From NCBI GenBank assembly GCA_037127835.1, contig JBAXXS010000001.1:5275-69274 (forward strand): a DNA stretch of 64,000 bases, in the 5' to 3' direction. Under the pieces are notes generated by a model that did no database searches, had not been told where the DNA came from, and saw nothing but the letters and a program-made list of their open reading frames with translations. Numbering within the stretch: the first letter of the stretch is position 1; each line of letters begins with the position of its first letter. This document shows, in pieces, positions 26,699-35,317 of the stretch. Both the position numbers and the translations under genes were made by a program. This DNA comes from Verrucomicrobiota bacterium. Lineage in GTDB: Bacteria > Verrucomicrobiota > Verrucomicrobiia > Chthoniobacterales > UBA6821.

Positions 26699-29314
26699 TT
26701 GTGCGAACTTAATCCCAAACCGCCCCTTAGGCCCAATACCTTGTATAACCAGAACGAAAAAGTCGAACCGATCGATGTCGCCGAAGAGATCTCCCGATCC
26801 TTCCTCGACTACTCCATGTCGGTCATCATTTCCCGGGCGCTTCCCGATGCTCGCGATGGTCTGAAGCCCTCCCAGCGCCGCATCCTGTTTGCCATGAGCG
26901 AGCTCGGGGTCATGCCGACCCGCAAGCATCTCAAGTGCGCCAAGATCGTCGGCGAGACCATGGGTAACTATCACCCCCATGGTGACCAAGCTATCTATCC
27001 TACGCTTGTTCACATGGCCCAGACCTGGGCGATGCGCGAAACCCTCATAGAAGGGCAGGGCAACTTCGGTTCCGTCGAGGGTGATCCTCCGGCCTCCATG
27101 CGTTATACCGAGGCACGCCTGCGTCCTCTGGGCGCCGTCCTCATGGAGGACATGGATCACGATACGGTCGATTTCGTCCCAAACTACGACGACACCCGCG
27201 AGGAGCCGACCGTTTTCCCAGCCTCGATCCCGAACCTTCTCGTCAATGGCGGCACCGGCATCGCTGTCGGCATGGCGACCAATATCCCTCCGCACAACCT
27301 CGGTGAGACCATCGACGCCGTTTGCGCCCAAGTCGACAATCCCGACATCACGCTCGACGAGTTGATGAAGCACATCAAGGGGCCCGACTTCCCGACGGGA
27401 TGCCAGCTTTGCGGAGTCGGAGGTATCAGGCAGTACTTTGAGACAGGGCGCGGCTCCGTGAAGGTCCGCGGTCGCGCAGGAGTCGAGGAGATCAAGGGAG
27501 GTCGCGAGCAGATCGTCATCACCGAGATTCCCTACAACGTCAACCGGGCCACACTTGTCGAGCGTATTGCCGGTCTCGTGAACGAGAAGATCATCACCGA
27601 CATCAGTGCTATCCGCGACGAGTCTGACGAGAACACCCGTGTTGTCATCGAGCTCAAACGGGATGCTATTCCAAAGGTCGTCATCAACAACCTCTACAAG
27701 CACACTGCGCTCGAGTCCTCCTTCTCGATCTCAATGCTGGCCATCGACCGAGGTCGTCCGAAGCTCCTTTCGCTCAAGGAGGCCATCGCCTGCTTCATCG
27801 AGCACCGCCGCGAGGTCATCCTGCGTCGCACCCGCTTCCTTCTCCGCGAGGCAGAGACCCGTGCCGAGAAGCTTGAGGGCTACCTCATCGCCCTCGCGAA
27901 TCTCGATAACTTCATCAAGATCATCCGCGATTCCCAGAACCGCGAGGAGGCCCGCACCCGCTTGCTGGCCATCGAGTTCTCCAAGAAAGAGATCGAGAAA
28001 TTCGGCATCCTTCTCCGTCAGGAGTCCCGGCTTAATGACAAGGGACAATACTGCTTCAGCGAGCCTCAAGCAGACGCCATCCTCGAGTTGCGCCTCTATC
28101 AACTCACCGGCCTAGAGCGCGACAAGCTCAATGCCGAGTACCAGCAGCTTCTCTCGACGATCGCCGATCTGGTCGACATCCTGGCCCGCGAGGAGCGAGT
28201 CTTTACAATCATCAAGACCGAGCTAAAAGCCATCCGTGACAAGCACGCCGGCCCGCGCCTTACTGAGCTTGTCCCCGAGGAGGGAGAGATCTCCATCGAG
28301 GACTTGATCGCCAACGAAGGCTGCATCATCACCGTCACCCATAAGGGCTTCATCAAGCGCACAGCCGTCAGCGCTTACCGCTCACAGAAGCGCGGTGGCA
28401 AGGGTGTCATCGGAATGACTACGCGGGAGGCTCAGACCGACGCCGAGGAAGGTGATTTCGTCGAGCATCTCTTCACCGCTAGCACGCATGACTACCTTGT
28501 CTTCTTCACGAAGACAGGTCGCTGCTATGTCGAGAGGGTGCACGAGATTCCCGAAATGAGTCGCACGGCCAAGGGACGCTCAATCGCCAACATCCTCAAC
28601 TTCCAGTCCGGAGAGCAGATCGCTGCCACACTCCGCATCGAGTCGACGACCAGTGGTGGTGCAGGAGGTGTCGAGACCACTTGGAACCCCGAGAAGCACA
28701 TCTTCTTCGCCACCCGTAGCGGCATCGTGAAGAAGTCGAACCTCGGAGACTTTTCCAACATCCGAAAAGGAGGCATCATTGCGATCGAGATCGAGGAGGG
28801 GGATGTCCTTATCTCCGCCGCCATCACCGAAGGCCATGACGAAGTCGTCCTAGTTACCAAGGAGGGCATGAGCATCCGTTTCAGCGAAGAGGAGCTACGC
28901 GATCAGGGTCGAAAGACCGTGGGTGTCTGGGGTATCCGTCCCAACAAGGGTGATGAGGTTGTTTCTCTCAGCCTCGTTCGCAACGACTGCACGCTTCTGG
29001 TTGCCGGTGAGAACGGTATCGGCAAACGCACCTCCTTCGAAGAATACCGAAAGCAGTCGCGCGGCGGTAAAGGCATCATCACCATGAAGACCGGTGATAA
29101 GACCGGATCCGTGGTCGGCGCCCTCTCTGTCACTGATGCGGATGAGATTATGCTGATCACCTCCGGCGGTCAGATGGTCCGCACTCCTGTCGATAAGATC
29201 CGAGAGGCTGGACGGAATACGATGGGTGTCATCCTGATCAATCTGCCCGCTGGGGAGAAGTTGCAGGGGATTGCGCCGGTCGTGTCACAAAAAGACGACG
29301 AAGTAGCTGAGTAG
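26699..29314 (+). CDS. gyrA: DNA gyrase subunit A
   Basis: It has YSMSVIISRALPDARDGLKPSQRRIL, GNYHPHGDQAIY, the catalytic Tyr region SMRYTEARL, and C-terminal beta-pinwheel repeats. The start (TTG) is uncertain. gyrB is not adjacent. Confidence 0.95.
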   Translation: MCELNPKPPLRPNTLYNQNEKVEPIDVAEEISRSFLDYSMSVIISRALPDARDGLKPSQRRILFAMSELGVMPTRKHLKCAKIVGETMGNYHPHGDQAIYPTLVHMAQTWAMRETLIEGQGNFGSVEGDPPASMRYTEARLRPLGAVLMEDMDHDTVDFVPNYDDTREEPTVFPASIPNLLVNGGTGIAVGMATNIPPHNLGETIDAVCAQVDNPDITLDELMKHIKGPDFPTGCQLCGVGGIRQYFETGRGSVKVRGRAGVEEIKGGREQIVITEIPYNVNRATLVERIAGLVNEKIITDISAIRDESDENTRVVIELKRDAIPKVVINNLYKHTALESSFSISMLAIDRGRPKLLSLKEAIACFIEHRREVILRRTRFLLREAETRAEKLEGYLIALANLDNFIKIIRDSQNREEARTRLLAIEFSKKEIEKFGILLRQESRLNDKGQYCFSEPQADAILELRLYQLTGLERDKLNAEYQQLLSTIADLVDILAREERVFTIIKTELKAIRDKHAGPRLTELVPEEGEISIEDLIANEGCIITVTHKGFIKRTAVSAYRSQKRGGKGVIGMTTREAQTDAEEGDFVEHLFTASTHDYLVFFTKTGRCYVERVHEIPEMSRTAKGRSIANILNFQSGEQIAATLRIESTTSGGAGGVETTWNPEKHIFFATRSGIVKKSNLGDFSNIRKGGIIAIEIEEGDVLISAAITEGHDEVVLVTKEGMSIRFSEEELRDQGRKTVGVWGIRPNKGDEVVSLSLVRNDCTLLVAGENGIGKRTSFEEYRKQSRGGKGIITMKTGDKTGSVVGALSVTDADEIMLITSGGQMVRTPVDKIREAGRNTMGVILINLPAGEKLQGIAPVVSQKDDEVAE

Positions 29315-29596
29315 GTTCGGGATATCAGCGAATAGCTGTGTTGGCCTTCGGTCGCCGTAGAATTACTACGGCTTCCCTTGGCCGCCTATCTCTTCATCCG
29401 ATCTCCCAATCCTCGGAAAGGTGGAGGCGCCTTGCTATCTCCTCAAAATCCTGGCGCCCCTTTTAGAAAAGGGCGGCTCCTAGCCCCGCAACTAAAATCC
29501 CGTCGCCCTAAAAATAAGAGAGGCGCTTCAAAGAGTGCCTTTTACCCCCTTAATTCCTGTTAATTCTTCCCTGTGCTACTGATTCCAATCAGGGCA

Positions 29597-29639
29597 CAAA
29601 AAAGCCGCTCCAACCATAGGTGGGAGCGGCTTTTCTTTT
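29597..29639. terminator. Bidirectional rho-independent terminator between convergent gyrA and rpsR
   Basis: The sequence is AAAAAA-GCCGCTCC-(11-nt loop)-GGAGCGGC-TTTTCTTTT. An 8-bp GC-rich stem is flanked by an A-run and a T-run. Confidence 0.6.
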
Positions 29640-29656
29640 GGAAGGAAATCTTTGCG

Positions 29657-29899
29657 TTATTTCATCAGCAGAGCAGCGCGTGAGCGCTTGATCTCGCGGG
29701 TGATTTTGCGGTGCAGGTGAGCGGCAAGGCCGGTCATACGACGGGGAAGGATCTTACCGGCCTCGGTCGTGAACTTGCGAAGGAGGTCGGGGTTCTTAAA
29801 GTCGATTGCGTCTGTGGAGACGTCGAGGCGACGGCGGGGCATGCATCGGTTGGCGCGGCGGAAGTTGCGACTGCGCTGTTCTGTCTTTGGTGTGCTCAT
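29657..29899 (-). CDS. rpsR: 30S ribosomal protein S18
   Basis: 80 aa, with IDFKNPDLLRKFTTEAGKILPRRMTGLAAHLHRKITREIKRSR. Confidence 0.9.
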   Translation of the reverse strand: MSTPKTEQRSRNFRRANRCMPRRRLDVSTDAIDFKNPDLLRKFTTEAGKILPRRMTGLAAHLHRKITREIKRSRAALLMK

Positions 29900-29926
29900 G
29901 TTGGAGAATGGGTTGAAAGAGGCCGT

Positions 29927-30100
29927 TTACTTGGTCTCGCGATGGAGTGTGTGGCGCTTGAGATTTGGATTGTACTTCTTTTTCTCAAGTCGGCCCGGAG
30001 TGTTGAGGCTCTTCTTGTTTCGGGTCGTGATGTAGCGGGAGACGGGCTTGCCTTCGGCAACCGCTTCGGTGCACTCAATGATGATGATGTCGCGTGGCAT
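29927..30100 (-). CDS. rpmG: 50S ribosomal protein L33 (cysteine-poor, C-minus form)
   Basis: I translated this by hand because it is below the 60-aa cutoff of the ORF track. The product is [57 protein letters not shown] (57 aa). It ends in the L33 signature HTLHRETK. Only one of the four zinc-ribbon Cys positions is retained. Confidence 0.85.
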   Translation of the reverse strand: MPRDIIIIECTEAVAEGKPVSRYITTRNKKSLNTPGRLEKKKYNPNLKRHTLHRETK

Positions 30101-30127
30101 AAAACAGGAATTGTGGATTTGGTCGGT

Positions 30128-30988
30128 TTAGCTGGTTTCGGTGGTGTCGTCCTCTTCGCTCTCGGACTCTTCTTCAGTCAGTCCGAACAATGAGGTGATC
30201 TGGGGACGAGCACTGTTATGGTGCTGGTTTTTCTCCAAACCTGCCTGGCAATCCACCGTGTAACGGGTGAAAGGCAGAGCCTCGAGTCGCTCGTGTTTGA
30301 TCGGCTTTTGGCAGAGATCGCAGACTCCGTAAGTTCCATCCTCGACTCTTTTGAGGGCCTCGTCAATCTCGTAAAGCGATCCCTGTTCCTTGGAGAGCAT
30401 GCTAAGGGCGAAGTCGCGGTCGTAGGCATCGCTACCGGCATCGGCCTGATGCATTCCGAAGGCGGAGGTCTCGGTGCCGGCGTGCAGGTTGTCGCGGGCA
30501 ACTCCTCTCATGGCATCAAGGAGAGTGTCCTTGAGTTCGAGGAGACGCTGACGCTGCTTGGTCAGGAAGGGGGTGAGTTTTAGGTTCTTGTTGACTTTGG
30601 GCTTGATAACAAATTGCTGGGCCAGAACGCGCTCATTGGAAGAGACGGGTGCCTTGGACTTGGAGGACTTCGCTTTACTCTTAACCGAGGGAGCCTTGGA
30701 AAGTGTGATCGCCGGTTTCGCAACTTTTTTGGGAGCTGCTTTTTGGCGGGCGGGTTTGGAAATCTTGGAAACCTTCTTCGCTGCGGCTTTCTTGGCAAGC
30801 GGCTTTTTGGCTGAGGGCTTTGTGGGCTTGATGACCTTCGGTGCCGGCTTCTTGGCGACCGCTTTGGCAGGAGCTTTCTTCAGCGCTTTCACGGCCTTAG
30901 CTGCTGGTTTTGCAGCCTTCATGGAAGCTTTCTTCGGGGCGGCGGCTTTCTTGGCCGGGGCCTTTTTAGCAGGTTTTTTGGATGCCAT
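30128..30988 (-). CDS. DksA/TraR-family zinc-finger protein with N-terminal histone-H1-like Lys/Ala/Pro-rich domain and acidic C-terminal tail
   Basis: About 125 aa of KKPAKKAPAKKAAAPKK-type repeats come first. The YteA/DksA-like core follows (HQADAGSDAYDRDFALSML...ALKRVEDGTYGVCDLCQKPIKHERLEALPFTRYTVDCQ). The tail is EEESESEEDDTTETS. Confidence 0.8.
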   Translation of the reverse strand: MASKKPAKKAPAKKAAAPKKASMKAAKPAAKAVKALKKAPAKAVAKKPAPKVIKPTKPSAKKPLAKKAAAKKVSKISKPARQKAAPKKVAKPAITLSKAPSVKSKAKSSKSKAPVSSNERVLAQQFVIKPKVNKNLKLTPFLTKQRQRLLELKDTLLDAMRGVARDNLHAGTETSAFGMHQADAGSDAYDRDFALSMLSKEQGSLYEIDEALKRVEDGTYGVCDLCQKPIKHERLEALPFTRYTVDCQAGLEKNQHHNSARPQITSLFGLTEEESESEEDDTTETS

Positions 30989-31105
30989 AACGGGATCGGA
31001 TGAGAGTGTCTGTTTGGTGTTAGGGGAAAATAGGGGAGGGGCTTGTTATAGCTCACCACGAGATCTCGCAAGAGAAATCTTTTAGGAAACTTAATCCTTC
31101 CACTT

Positions 31106-31588
31106 TCAGAAGATGATCCGCCCAGCAACCAGGAAGGCCAGAAGTCCCAGTCGGATGCTCCAGAGAATGGTGCGGATCCAGTTTGTCGAGACGAGAAGCT
31201 CCATGGCCTTAGAGTCGGGACGTTGCTCCAAGAGATGGTGCAGGGGTACCTGAATCAGGAAAGTGCTTGCCCAGATCAGTGCAAGGCAGCCGAACGACCA
31301 GAGATAGAGGGGAGTGATTCCTATCGCTATCGGCAATTTTTCACCCGAAGCGACGGAGAGAAGCAGGAGGGCAATCGCTGTTCCCAACTCTACCAGCATC
31401 AAGGGGGCCACCACGAAGCCGGTCCTGATGGTATGAGACTGCTCGTACGAGACGAATCCCTCAGCGGGGACCTTCAAAAATAGGGGGTAATGGACGATCT
31501 GAACAAACCAGATGATGCCTGTCATCATCGCTGTCGCAAGAAGCTGGGTTAGTAAAAGAGTGCGTGGGGTAAGAGGTTCAAACATCAT
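31106..31588 (-). CDS. Hypothetical integral membrane protein (4 TM; DUF1772-like by eye)
   Basis: 160 aa with four hydrophobic segments. The family call is weak. Confidence 0.55.
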   Translation of the reverse strand: MMFEPLTPRTLLLTQLLATAMMTGIIWFVQIVHYPLFLKVPAEGFVSYEQSHTIRTGFVVAPLMLVELGTAIALLLLSVASGEKLPIAIGITPLYLWSFGCLALIWASTFLIQVPLHHLLEQRPDSKAMELLVSTNWIRTILWSIRLGLLAFLVAGRIIF

Positions 31589-31694
31589 GCCCGAATCCTA
31601 AAGGAAGTGATCGAGGATTGTAGAGAGGAGATGTCTATCCTAGCATGTACGGCTTGCTTCGAGCTCGAGTACAACGAACTGCATTCCCATATCC

Positions 31695-32966
31695 ATGAAA
31701 CCTCTACCCGGCTTCCGCGATCTCTTTCCTGAGGATTTTGCGCGTCGGAACTATCTGGTAGGCAAATGGCGTGAGACAGCCCGCCGGTACGGATTCGTCG
31801 AGTTCGATGGTCCGACACTGGAATCGGCAGAGCTCTATCGGAAGAAAAACAGCGGTGGCGAGATCCTTGGGCAGCTCTATGAGTTCATTGATAAGGGGGA
31901 ACGCGCCGTGGCCCTTCGTCCCGAGGTAACACCGACGCTGGCCCGGATGATCGCGGCGCGTCACCGTGATTTTCCAAAGCCGATGCGCTGGTTCAATGTC
32001 GGCACCTGCTTCCGCTACGAGCGCCAGCAGCGGGGACGCCTGCGAGAGTTCCTTCAGTTCAACTGCGACCTGGTCGGAGACGCCACTTCCGCGGCCGACG
32101 CCGAAGTGATTTCCCTGCTTATCGACCTGCTCCGTTCCTTCGGCCTGGGACCTGAGGATTTCGCCATCCGTCTGAGCGACCGCGCTGCATGGCATGATTT
32201 CATGACCCTGCATGGAGTGGAGAAGGAAAGGGCCGGTGAGTTCCTAACTATCGTCGACCGGATGGAAAAGATGCCCCCCGAGAAGACCGAGGAACTGCTT
32301 GCTCCCTTCGGCGTCACGTCGGCCACTCTGCAGGAGTTTATTGCCCGCGCAGAGATCCCTGTGCTGGCTCCCCTATTGGCCGATCTGGAAGCCCGCGGGC
32401 TACGAGACTATGTGCGCCCTGACCTAGGGGTGGTGCGCGGACTCGCCTACTACACCGGAGTCGTCTTTGAGGCCTTCGCGCTACGGGCAGGGCTGCGTGC
32501 CATCGCCGGTGGGGGCCGCTACGACCGCCTGCTTGCGGATCTGAGCGACGGATCGGCCGATCTGCCGGCCGTGGGCTTCGGCGTAGGGGATGCCGTCCTG
32601 TTGGAGCTTCTCAACGAATGCCCTGCAGCCAAAGCGCAGGAGGAAGCGGCTCTCAAAGCCGATGCGCCTGTACAAATCTATTTAGTGATCGCCGATGAGG
32701 CCCATCGCTACAATGCTCTGGCTCTGGCCCAGCAGCTCCGCAGCGAGGGATGGCGTGTCGGTTTTCCTTTGGCTCAGGAAAAAGTTGGCAAGCAGTTTGG
32801 ATCGGCCGAGGCCCTTCGTGCCTCACATGCCGTCGTAATCGGTGCCGAATGGCCCGAGGTCAAGGTGAAGCGCCTCTCCGACCGCATGGAGCAGGAGCTC
32901 GATCATGCAACTCTTGGCATCTGGCTAAGCGAAGAGGAAGGTCGAAACCTGAAACTTGAAACCTGA
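31695..32966 (+). CDS. hisS: Histidine--tRNA ligase
   Basis: It shows class-II motifs (FRYERQQRGRLREFLQFNCD, GGGRYDRL) and a C-terminal anticodon-binding domain. The last ~8 codons and the stop lie inside an intergenic-type repeat arm. Confidence 0.95.
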   Translation: MKPLPGFRDLFPEDFARRNYLVGKWRETARRYGFVEFDGPTLESAELYRKKNSGGEILGQLYEFIDKGERAVALRPEVTPTLARMIAARHRDFPKPMRWFNVGTCFRYERQQRGRLREFLQFNCDLVGDATSAADAEVISLLIDLLRSFGLGPEDFAIRLSDRAAWHDFMTLHGVEKERAGEFLTIVDRMEKMPPEKTEELLAPFGVTSATLQEFIARAEIPVLAPLLADLEARGLRDYVRPDLGVVRGLAYYTGVVFEAFALRAGLRAIAGGGRYDRLLADLSDGSADLPAVGFGVGDAVLLELLNECPAAKAQEEAALKADAPVQIYLVIADEAHRYNALALAQQLRSEGWRVGFPLAQEKVGKQFGSAEALRASHAVVIGAEWPEVKVKRLSDRMEQELDHATLGIWLSEEEGRNLKLET

Positions 32967-33082
32967 AGGTCGCACAATCGAAGGGTTCTGCAGCCAGATA
33001 GAAGATCGTTCAAAAACACAAAATGATAAAAATTTGATTCCCGAGCATTGAATCCTTTTTCAGGTTTCAGATTTCAGCTTTC
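32944..33082. repeat. Long-loop inverted repeat, GAAACCT-type (arms are tandem 7-mers)
   Basis: GAAACCTGAAACTTGAAACCTGAA (32944-32967) pairs with TTCAGGTTTCAGATTTCAGCTTTC (33059-33082) at 21/24 positions, with a 91-nt loop. The left arm encodes the end of hisS. Confidence 0.8.
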
Positions 33083-33103
33083 ATCCCTCTCTTTACTTTT
33101 CCC

Positions 33104-34924
33104 ATGCACTACCGTGACTGCCTCTGTGGCGCCCTGCGCCCTTCCGATATTGGACGCGATCTTACCCTGAGTGGTTGGGTGGCTTCACGCCGCGACCATG
33201 GAGGCGTTATCTTCATCGACCTACGCGATCGCGACGGCATCACCCAGGTGGTCTTCCGGCCCGAGGTCCACGCGGAGGCTGCCGCAGCTGCACACAGTCT
33301 TCGTTCCGAGGATGTGATCACTGTCACGGGCCATGTTACTGCCCGTCTGGCCGGCACCGAGAATCCAAAGCTCCCGACCGGTGCTGTGGAGTTGGTGGCC
33401 GCCACTCTCACTGTGCTAAACCGCTCAGAGGTCCCTCCCTTCCCGATGGATGAGCGCATCGCCAACGAGGATCTGCGCCTGACCCATCGCTTCCTCGATC
33501 TACGCCGTCCTGCGATGGCTGCGAACCTCCGCCTCCGTCACCGTATCACCAAGTCGATACGCGATGTCCTCGATACGGAGGGCTTCTGGGAGATCGAGAC
33601 GCCGATTCTCTCCAAGAGCACCCCAGAAGGGGCCCGCGACTTCCTTGTTCCCTCGCGCCTAACTCCCGGTGCTTTCTACGCGTTACCGCAGGCTCCCCAG
33701 CAGTACAAGCAGCTCCTGATGGTGGGGGGCGTCGACAAGTACTTCCAGATCGCCCGTTGCTTCCGTGACGAGGATCTCCGTGCCGATCGTCAGCCCGAGT
33801 TCACACAGGTCGATATCGAGGCTTCTTTCATCAAGGCGCAGGATCTTCAGGATCTCATCGAGAAAATGTTCCAGCGGATCTTCCGTGAGTCGCGAGGCGT
33901 GGAGATTCCCGTGCCATTCCCCCGCATGACCTATGCCAACGCGATGAACCGCTACGGCAGTGACAAGCCCGACACCCGCTTCGGCATGGAGATCGTGGAT
34001 GCGGGAGACATATTCGCCCAGAGCCAGTTCAAGGTCTTCCGGGGCGCCCTTGATTCAGGCGGCGTCGTTAAGGCGATGAATGCCAAGGGATTTGCCTGCA
34101 TCACCACCGGCCAGATCGAGGAGCTCACCGAGCTTGCCAAGTCAGCCGGAGCTAAGGGTCTCGCCTTCATCAAGGTCGAGAATGGCGAATGGAAGTCCCC
34201 GATCGTAAAATTCTTCAGCGAGGAGGAGAAGGCGGCGCTCTCAGCCCGCCTCGACATGCAGGAAGGAGATCTTGTTCTCTTCGGAGCCGACGTCTGGGAA
34301 GGTGCCTGCACGGTGCTTGGGCGTGTCCGCCTGCGTGTTGCCGAAGTCCAGAAGCTTACAGTCGATCCCAATCAGCTCAACTTCCTCTGGGTTGTCGACT
34401 TCCCGATGCTCGCCTTCAATGCCGAGGAGAACAAGTGGAACGCCGTCCACCATCCCTTCACTCGCCCCAAGGCCGAGGATCGCGACCTGCTCAAGGATCC
34501 GTCGAAGCTCGGAGAGATCCGTGCCGAGGCTTATGATATCGTGCTCAATGGGGTTGAGATCGGCGGAGGTAGCATCCGTATCCATGAGGGGGATCTCCAG
34601 GCAGAGACCTTCTCCGTGCTTGGCATCAATGATGTGGAGCAGGAGGAACTTTTCGGCCATCTCCTGCGTGCCTTCCGCCATGGAGCGCCTCCGCATGGTG
34701 GCATCGCGCTCGGTTTGGACCGCCTTGTGGCACTCATCGCGGGTGAGGAATCGATCCGCGAAGTCATCGCCTTCCCTAAGAATAACCGCGGCGCCGAACT
34801 TCTCACCGGATCGCCGGCCCCGGCCGAGATGAAGCAACTCCGCGAACTCCATATCTCTTCGACAATGAAGCCAAAGCAAACCGTGGTACCTGGAGTTCCT
34901 GCAGAAGGAGTCGTCGCCCCCTAA
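33104..34924 (+). CDS. aspS: Aspartate--tRNA ligase (bacterial type with GAD insertion)
   Basis: 606 aa, with FRDEDLRADRQPEFTQVD, GGGSIRIH and PPHGGIALGLDRL. Confidence 0.95.
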   Translation: MHYRDCLCGALRPSDIGRDLTLSGWVASRRDHGGVIFIDLRDRDGITQVVFRPEVHAEAAAAAHSLRSEDVITVTGHVTARLAGTENPKLPTGAVELVAATLTVLNRSEVPPFPMDERIANEDLRLTHRFLDLRRPAMAANLRLRHRITKSIRDVLDTEGFWEIETPILSKSTPEGARDFLVPSRLTPGAFYALPQAPQQYKQLLMVGGVDKYFQIARCFRDEDLRADRQPEFTQVDIEASFIKAQDLQDLIEKMFQRIFRESRGVEIPVPFPRMTYANAMNRYGSDKPDTRFGMEIVDAGDIFAQSQFKVFRGALDSGGVVKAMNAKGFACITTGQIEELTELAKSAGAKGLAFIKVENGEWKSPIVKFFSEEEKAALSARLDMQEGDLVLFGADVWEGACTVLGRVRLRVAEVQKLTVDPNQLNFLWVVDFPMLAFNAEENKWNAVHHPFTRPKAEDRDLLKDPSKLGEIRAEAYDIVLNGVEIGGGSIRIHEGDLQAETFSVLGINDVEQEELFGHLLRAFRHGAPPHGGIALGLDRLVALIAGEESIREVIAFPKNNRGAELLTGSPAPAEMKQLRELHISSTMKPKQTVVPGVPAEGVVAP

Positions 34925-34938
34925 TCATCGATCTGCCG

Positions 34939-35316
34939 ATGCAGCCTCAACTCCTCCCAGGTTTCGAGGCGACGGTCGACCGGGTCATCCACGCCCCCGA
35001 GCTTCCTGCCCCTCCGGATCAACCGTATCCCTTTGTCTACTACATCACGATTCACAACCGGAGCGACCTGACCATTACGGTGAAGGGGCGCAAGTGGGTC
35101 GTCCGAAGCGAGGATGGTCATGTCACGGCCGTCGAAGGAGACGGTGTGGTCGGTTGCTTTCCACGACTCGAGCCGGGCGAGCATTTTTCTTATAATAGCT
35201 ACCATACCACGGCGGGTCGCGCCCTGGCCGAGGGATCCTATCTGGCAATGACCGAAGCTGGTGAGGCTGTGGTGGCAAGGATTCCTACCTTCCAGCTGAT
35301 TCCCCCAGAGAGTTAA
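34939..35316 (+). CDS. apaG: ApaG-family protein (DUF525)
   Basis: 125 aa, with FVYYITIHN...GRKWVVRSEDGHVTAVEGDGVVGCFPRLEPGEHFSYNSY. Confidence 0.85.
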   Translation: MQPQLLPGFEATVDRVIHAPELPAPPDQPYPFVYYITIHNRSDLTITVKGRKWVVRSEDGHVTAVEGDGVVGCFPRLEPGEHFSYNSYHTTAGRALAEGSYLAMTEAGEAVVARIPTFQLIPPES

Positions 35317-35317
35317 A

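Noticed and set aside
29378-29563. A 61-aa plus-strand ORF in the gyrA downstream spacer.
   Set aside because: It starts with a non-ATG codon, has Arg/Pro/Gly-rich composition and no motif, and lies in a hairpin-rich non-coding-looking region.
29896-30078. A 60-aa minus-strand ORF ([14 protein letters not shown]...) listed in the ORF track in the rpsR-dksA spacer.
   Set aside because: Another frame on the same strand encodes a textbook L33 (29927-30100). The listed ORF is an overlapping frame artefact.
31059-31068. A 10-bp palindrome CGAGATCTCG upstream of the DksA-like gene, with a related GAGATCTCGG at 51311-51320.
   Set aside because: Two occurrences of an 8-10-bp palindrome in 64 kb are close to chance expectation. 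There is no further evidence of an operator.
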